A stretch of 64,000 nt of DNA from Auanema rhodensis (lineage: Eukaryota; Animalia; Nematoda). The position numbers were made by a program, and so were the translations under genes. The notes beneath the pieces are model-generated. The model was not told the DNA's origin, searched no databases, and saw nothing but the letters and a program-made list of their open reading frames with translations. The DNA is taken from contig CAXKVF010000076.1 in NCBI GenBank assembly GCA_964057225.1, forward strand, positions 434,001-498,000. Reading direction: 5' to 3'. The number at the start of each line of letters is the position of its first letter. Within the stretch, counting starts at the first letter, position 1. Shown in pieces: positions 56,101 to 64,000 of the stretch.

Positions 56101-59100
56101 CATGAGGAATCTAATTTTGAAAACCGCATCTCTTTATCTTTCACGTGAAGCGAGTTACATACCAAGTGCACATCACGTGTACATTTAATTAGCATAAATT
56201 AAAGTTCACGTAAATTTCAAAGTCATGGTTACCATGCACCAATATCAATAAAAATTTGTTTTTAGACTAATATGGACATGAGGAATCTAATTTTGAAAAC
56301 CGCATCTCTTTATCTTTCACGTGAAGCGAGTTACATACCAAGTGCACATCACGTGTACATTTAATTAGCATAAATTAAAGTTCACGTAAATTTCAAAGTC
56401 ATGGTTACCATGCACCAATATCAATAAAAATTTGTTTTTAGACTAATATGGACATGAGGAATCTAATTTTGAAAACCGCATCTCTTTATCTTTCACGTGA
56501 AGCGAGTTACATACCAAGTGCACATCACGTGTACATTTAATTAGCATAAATTAAAGTTCACGTAAATTTCAAAGTCATGGTTACCATGCACCAATATCAA
56601 TAAAAATTTGTTTTTAGACCAATATGGACATGAGGAATCTAATTTTGAAAACCGCATCTCTTTATCTTTCACGTGAAGCGAGTTACATACCAAGTGCACA
56701 TCACGTGTACATTTAATTAGCATAAATTAAAGTTCACGTAAATTTCAAAGTCGTGGTTACCATGCACCAATATCAATAAAAATTCGTTTTTAGACTAATA
56801 TGGACATGGGGAATCTAACTTTGAAAACCGCATCTCTTTATCTTTCACGTGAAGCGAGTTACATACCAAGTGCACATCACGTGTACATTTAATTAGCATA
56901 AATTAAAGTTCACGTAAATTTCAAAGTCATGGTTACCATGCACCAATATCAATAAAAATTTGTTTTTAGACTAATATGGACATGAGGAATCTAATTTTGA
57001 AAACCGCATCTCTTTATCTTTCACGTGAAGCGAGTTACATACCAAGTGCACATCACGTGTACATTTAATTAGCATAAATTAAAGTTCACGTAAATTTCAA
57101 AGTCATGGTTACCATGCACCAATATCAATAAAAATTTGTTTTTAGACTAATATGGACATGGGGAATCAAATTTTGAAAACCGCATCTCTTTATCTTTCAC
57201 GTGAAGCGAGTTACATACCAAGTGCACATCACGTGTACATTTAATTAGCATAAATTAAAGTTCACGTAAATTTCAAAGTCATGGTTACCATGCACCAATA
57301 TCAATAAAAATTTGTTTTTAGACTAATATGGACATGAGGAATCTAATTTTGAAAACCGCATCTCTTTATCTTTCACGTGAAGCGAGTTACATACCAAGTG
57401 CACATCACGTGTACATTTAATTAGCATAAATTAAAGTTCACGTAAATTTCAAAGTCATGGTTACCATGCACCAATATCAATAAAAATTTGTTTTTAGACT
57501 AATATGGACATGGGGAATCAAATTTTGAGAACCGCATCTCTTTATCTTTCACGTGAAGCGAGTTACATACCAAGTGCACATCACGTGTACATTTAATTAG
57601 CATAAATTAAAGTTCACGTAAATTTCAAAGTCATGGTTACCATGAACCAATATCAATAAAAATTTGTTTTTTGACTAATATGGACATGGGGAATCTAATT
57701 TTGAAAACCGCATCTCTTTATCTTTCACGTGAAGCGAGTTACATACCAAGTGCACATCACGTGTACATTTAATTAGCATAAATTAAAGTTCACGTAAATT
57801 TCAAAGTCATGGTTACCATGCACCAATATCAATAAAAATTTGTTTTTAGACTAATATGGACATGAGGAATCTAATTTTGAAAACCGCATCTCTTTATCTT
57901 TCACGTGAAGCGAGTTACATACCAAGTGCACATCACGTGTACATTTAATTAGCATAAATTAAAGTTCACGTAAATTTCAAAGTCATGGTTACCATGCACC
58001 AATATCAATAAAAATTTGTTTTTAGACTAATATGGACATGGGGAATCAAATTTTGAAAACCGCATCTCTTTATCTTTCACGTGAAGCGAGTTACATACCA
58101 AGTGCACATCACGTGTACATTTAATTAGCATAAATTAAAGTTCACGTAAATTTCAAAGTCATGGTTACCATGAACCAATATCAATAAAAATTTGTTTTTT
58201 GACTAATATGGACATGGGGAATCTAATTTTGAAAACCGCATCTCTTTATCTTTCACGTGAAGCGAGTTACATACCAAGTGCACATCACGTGTACATTTAA
58301 TTAGCATAAATTAAAGTTCACGTAAATTTCAAAGTCATGGTTACCATGCACCAATATCAATAAAAATTTGTTTTTAGACTAATATGGACATGAGGAATCT
58401 AATTTTGAAAACCGCATCTCTTTATCTTTCACGTGAAGCGAGTTACATACCAAGTGCACATCACGTGTACATTTAATTAGCATAAATTAAAGTTCACGTA
58501 AATTTCAAAGTCATGGTTACCATGCACCAATATCAATAAAAATTTGTTTTTAGACTAATATGGACATGAGGAATCTAATTTTGAAAACCGCATCTCTTTA
58601 TCTTTCACGTGAAGCGAGTTACATACCAAGTGCACATCACGTGTACATTTAATTAGCATAAATTAAAGTTCACGTAAATTTCAAAGTCATGGTTACCATG
58701 CACCAATATCAATAAAAATTTGTTTTTAGACTAATATGGACATGAGGAATCTAATTTTGAAAACCGCATCTCTTTATCTTTCACGTGAAGCGAGTTACAT
58801 ACCAAGTGCACATCACGTGTACATTTAATTAGCATAAATTAAAGTTCACGTAAATTTCAAAGTCATGGTTACCATGCACCAATATCAATAAAAATTTGTT
58901 TTTAGACCAATATGGACATGAGGAATCTAATTTTGAAAACCGCATCTCTTTATCTTTCACGTGAAGCGAGTTACATACCAAGTGCACATCACGTGTACAT
59001 TTAATTAGCATAAATTAAAGTTCACGTAAATTTCAAAGTCGTGGTTACCATGCACCAATATCAATAAAAATTCGTTTTTAGACTAATATGGACATGGGGA

Positions 59101-59131
59101 ATCTAACTTTGAAAACCGCATCTCTTTATCT
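53148..59131 (+). repeat. Variable-period higher-order repeat marked by the GACCAAT variant (14-, 5- and 13-monomer spacing)
   Basis: T129C occurs at 53276, 55740, 56620 and 58908. Each is preceded by GAGG monomers and followed by the GTCGTGG/TTCG/AACTTT monomer. Confidence 0.85.
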
Positions 59132-62100
59132 TTCACGTGAAGCGAGTTACATACCAAGTGCACATCACGTGTACATTTAATTAGCATAAATTAAAGTTCA
59201 CGTAAATTTCAAAGTCATGGTTACCATGCACCAATATCAATAAAAATTTGTTTTTAGACTAATATGGACATGAGGAATCTAATTTTGAAAACCGCATCTC
59301 TTTATCTTTCACGTGAAGCGAGTTACATACCAAGTGCACATCACGTGTACATTTAATTAGCATAAATTAAAGTTCACGTAAATTTCAAAGTCATGGTTAC
59401 CATGCACCAATATCAATAAAAATTTGTTTTTAGACTAATATGGACATGGGGAATCAAATTTTGAAAACCGCATCTCTTTATCTTTCACGTGAAGCGAGTT
59501 ACATACCAAGTGCACATCACGTGTACATTTAATTAGCATAAATTAAAGTTCACGTAAATTTCAAAGTCATGGTTACCATGCACCAATATCAATAAAAATT
59601 TGTTTTTAGACTAATATGGACATGGGGAATCTAATTTTGAAAACCGCATCTCTTTATCTTTCACGTGAAGCGAGTTACATACCAAGTGCACATCACGTGT
59701 ACATTTAATTAGCATAAATTAAAGTTCACGTAAATTTCAAAGTCATGGTTACCATGCACCAATATCAATAAAAATTTGTTTTTAGACTAATATGGACATG
59801 GGGAATCTAATTTTGAAAACCGCATCTCTTTATCTTTCACGTGAAGCGAGTTACATACCAAGTGCACATCACGTGTACATTTAATTAGCATAAATTAAAG
59901 TTCACGTAAATTTCAAAGTCGTGGTTACCATGCACCAATATCAATAAAAATTCGTTTTTAGACTAATATGGACATGGGGAATCTAACTTTGAAAACCGCA
60001 TCTCTTTATCTTTCACGTGAAGCGAGTTACATACCAAGTGCACATCACGTGTACATTTAATTAGCATAAATTAAAGTTCACGTAAATTTCAAAGTCATGG
60101 TTACCATGCACCAATATCAATAAAAATTTGTTTTTAGACTAATATGGACATGAGGAATCTAATTTTGAAAACCGCATCTCTTTATCTTTCACGTGAAGCG
60201 AGTTACATACCAAGTGCACATCACGTGTACATTTAATTAGCATAAATTAAAGTTCACGTAAATTTCAAAGTCATGGTTACCATGCACCAATATCAATAAA
60301 AATTTGTTTTTAGACTAATATGGACATGGGGAATCAAATTTTGAAAACCGCATCTCTTTATCTTTCACGTGAAGCGAGTTACATACCAAGTGCACATCAC
60401 GTGTACATTTAATTAGCATAAATTAAAATTCACGTAAATTTCAAAGTCATGGTTACCATGAACCAATATCAATAAAAATTTGTTTTTAGACTAATATGGA
60501 CATGAGGAATCTAATTTTGAAAACCGCATCTCTTTTTTTCTTTCACGTGAAGCGAGTTACATACCAAGTGCACATCACGTGTACATTTAATTAGCATAAA
60601 TTAAAGTTCACGTAAATTTCAAAGTCATGGTTACCATGAACCAATATCAATAAAAATTTGTTTTTTGACTAATATGGACATGGGGAATCTAATTTTGAAA
60701 ACCGCATCTCTTTATCTTTCACGTGAAGCGAGTTACATACCAAGTGCACATCACGTGTACATTTAATTAGCATAAATTAAAGTTCACGTAAATTTCAAAG
60801 TCATGGTTACCATGCACCAATATCAATAAAAATTTGTTTTTAGACTAATATGGACATGAGGAATCTAATTTTGAAAACCGCATCTCTTTATCTTTCACGT
60901 GAAGCGAGTTACATACCAAGTGCACATCACGTGTACATTTAATTAGCATAAATTAAAGTTCACGTAAATTTCAAAGTCATGGTTACCATGCACCAATATC
61001 AATAAAAATTTGTTTTTAGACTAATATGGACATGGGGAATCTAATTTTGAAAACCGCATCTCTTTATCTTTCACTTGAAGCGAGTTACATACCAAGTGCA
61101 CATCACGTGTACATTTAATTAGCATAAATTAAAGTTCACGTAAATTTCAAAGTCATGGTTACCATGAACCAATATCAATAAAAATTTGTTTTTAGACTAA
61201 TATGGACATGAGGAATCTAATTTTGAAAACCGCATCTCTTTTTTTCTTTCACGTGAAGCGAGTTACATACCAAGTGCACATCACGTGTACATTTAATTAG
61301 CATAAATTAAAGTTCACGTAAATTTCAAAGTCATGGTTACCATGAACCAATATCAATAAAAATTTGTTTTTTGACTAATATGGACATGGGGAATCTAATT
61401 TTGAAAACCGCATCTCTTTATCTTTCACGTGAAGCGAGTTACATACCAAGTGCACATCACGTGTACATTTAATTAGCATAAATTAAAGTTCACGTAAATT
61501 TCAAAGTCATGGTTACCATGCACCAATATCAATAAAAATTTGTTTTTAGACTAATATGGACATGAGGAATCTAATTTTGAAAACCGCATCTCTTTATCTT
61601 TCACGTGAAGCGAGTTACATACCAAGTGCACATCACGTGTACATTTAATTAGCATAAATTAAAGTTCACGTAAATTTCAAAGTCATGGTTACCATGCACC
61701 AATATCAATAAAAATTTGTTTTTAGACTAATATGGACATGGGGAATCTAATTTTGAAAACCGCATCTCTTTATATTTCACGTGAAGCGAGTTACATACCA
61801 AGTGCACCTCACGTGTACATTTAATTAGCATAAATTAAAGTTCACGTAAATTTCAAAGTCATGGTTACCATGCACCAATATCAATAAAAATTTGTTTTTA
61901 GACTAATATGGACATGAGGAATCTAATTTTGAAAACCGCATCTCTTTATCTTTCACGTGAAGCGAGTTACATACCAAGTGCACATCACGTGTACATTTAA
62001 TTAGCATAAATTAAAGTTCACGTAAATTTCAAAGTCATGGTTACCATGCACCAATATCAATAAAAATTTGTTTTTAGACTAATATGGACATGGGGAATCT

Positions 62101-64000
62101 AATTTTGAAAACCGCATCTCTTTATCTTTCACGTGAAGCGAGTTACATACCAAGTGCACAGCACGTGTACATTTAATTAGCATAAATTAAAGTTCACGTA
62201 AATTTCAAAGTCATGGTTACCATGCACCAATATCAATAAAAATTTGTTTTTAGACTAATATGGACATGGGGAATCTAATTTTGAAAACCGCATCTCTTTA
62301 TCTTTCACGTGAAGCGAGTTACTTACCAAGTGCACATCACGTTTACATTTAATTAGCATAAATTAAAGTTCACGTAAATTTCAAAGTCATGGTTACCATG
62401 AACCAATATCAATAAAAATTTGTTTTTAGACTAATATGGACATGGGGAATCTAATTTTGAAAACCGCATCTCTTTATCTTTCACGTGAAGCGAGTTACAT
62501 ACCAAGTGCACATCACGTGTACATTTAATTAGCATAAATTAAAGTTCACGTAAATTTCAAAGTCATGGTTACCATGCACCAATATCAATAAAAATGTGTT
62601 TTTAGACTAATATGGACATGGGGAATCTAATTTTGAAAACCGCATCTCTTTATCTTTCACGTGAAGCGAGTTACATACCAAGTGCACATCACGTGTACAT
62701 TTAATTAGCATAAATTAAAGTTCACGTAAATTTCAAAGTCATGGTTACCATGCACCAATATCAATAAAAATTTGTTTTTAGACTAATATGGACATGGGGA
62801 ATCTAATTTTGAAAACCGCATCTCTTTATCTTTCACGTGAAGCGAGTTACATACCAAGTGCACATCACGTGTACATTTAATTAGCATAAATTAAAGTTCA
62901 CGTAAATTTCAAAGTCATGGTTACCATGAACCAATATCAATAAAAATTTGTTTTTAGACTAATATGTACATGGGGAATCTAATTTTGAAAACCGCATCTC
63001 TTTATCTTTCACGTTAAGCGAGTTACATACCAAGTGCACATCACGTGTACATTTAATTAGCATAAATTAAAGTTCACGTAAATTTCAAAGTCATGGTTAC
63101 CATGCACCAATATCAATAAAAATTTGTTTTTAGACTAATATGGACATGGGGAATCTAATTTTGAAAACCGCATCTCTTTATCTTTCACGTGAAGCGAGTT
63201 ACATACCAAGTGCACAGCACGTGTACATTTAATTAGCATAAATTAAAGTTCACGTAAATTTCAAAGTCATGGTTACCATGCACCAATATCAATAAAAATT
63301 TGTTTTTAGACTAATATGGACATGGGGAATCTAATTTTGAAAACCGCATCTCTTTATCTTTCACGTGAAGCGAGTTACTTACCAAGTGCACATCACGTTT
63401 ACATTTAATTAGCATAAATTAAAGTTCACGTAAATTTCAAAGTCATGGTTACCATGAACCAATATCAATAAAAATTTGTTTTTAGACTAATATGGACATG
63501 GGGAATCTAATTTTGAAAACCGCATCTCTTTATCTTTCACGTGAAGCGAGTTACATACCAAGTGCACATCACGTGTACATTTAATTAGCATAAATTAAAG
63601 TTCACGTAAATTTCAAAGTCATGGTTACCATGCACCAATATCAATAAAAATTTGTTTTTAGACTAATATGGACATGGGGAATCTAATTTTGAAAACCGCA
63701 TCTCTTTATCTTTCACGTGAAGCGAGTTACATACCAAGTGCACCTCACGTGTACATTTAATTAGCATAAATTAAAGTTCACGTAAATTTCAAAGTCATGG
63801 TTACCATGCACCAATATCAATAAAAATTTGTTTTTAGACTAATATGGACATGAGGAATCTAATTTTGAAAACCGCATCTCTTTATCTTTCACGTGAAGCG
63901 AGTTACATACCAAGTGCACATCACGTGTACATTTAATTAGCATAAATTAAAGTTCACGTAAATTTCAAAGTCATGGTTACCATGCACCAATATCAATAAA

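Larger units (their letters stand above)
1..64000 (+). repeat. Tandem satellite DNA array, 176-bp monomer, ~363.6 copies, probable centromeric/pericentromeric satellite (array runs off both ends of the window)
   Basis: Consensus TTCACGTGAAGCGAGTTACATACCAAGTGCACATCACGTGTACATTTAATTAGCATAAATTAAAGTTCACGTAAATTTCAAAGTCATGGTTACCATGCACCAATATCAATAAAAATTTGTTTTTAGACTAATATGGACATGGGGAATCTAATTTTGAAAACCGCATCTCTTTATCT recurs at 1, 177, 353 ... 63888. It has 57/176 G+C. No inversion or foreign insert was seen. The repeat call is direct; the centromeric role is inferred from unit length, AT-richness and homogeneity. Confidence 0.99.

Noticed and set aside
53197-59011. Four identical 60-aa minus-strand ORFs (53197-53379, 55661-55843, 56541-56723, 58829-59011)
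   Set aside because: They appear only where T129C turns a minus-strand TAG into TGG (53276, 55740, 56620, 58908). Their identity reflects HOR copying. They span about one monomer, have no recognisable domain, and 176 is not a multiple of 3.
1-64000. CRISPR array or other repeat-spacer/variable-cassette system
   Set aside because: There are no unique spacers, leader or cas genes. Variation is limited to point alleles inherited in blocks.
1-64000. Assembly or rolling-circle artefact
   Set aside because: Hierarchical, colinear shared variants and regional sub-domains fit real satellite evolution, not a collapsed or concatemeric single unit.

Overview
The whole window is one uninterrupted head-to-tail tandem array of a 176-bp, ~32% GC satellite monomer: 363 full copies plus a 113-bp partial, all in the same orientation. 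Most copies differ from the consensus at about 0-4 positions. I found no unique sequence, transposon, gene, RNA gene or CRISPR spacer. This is the architecture of a eukaryotic (peri)centromeric satellite core. The four 60-aa ORFs are by-products of one point variant that removes a stop codon. The interesting signal is internal. (i) The monomer is tiled with dyad symmetries, including an 84-bp degenerate inverted repeat on one axis (monomer positions 76-159) and a 37-nt hairpin (36-72). (ii) It has three TCACGT cores spaced 32-33 bp apart. (iii) Variation is very uneven, with hotspots in a 4-nt hairpin loop and an apparently invariant block. (iv) Shared variants reveal nested higher-order duplications from 2 monomers up to ~115 monomers (~20 kb) and regional sub-domains. 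Monomer positions refer to the first copy (window 1-176) and its consensus. All counts were made by eye and need computational confirmation. I cannot assign the organism.
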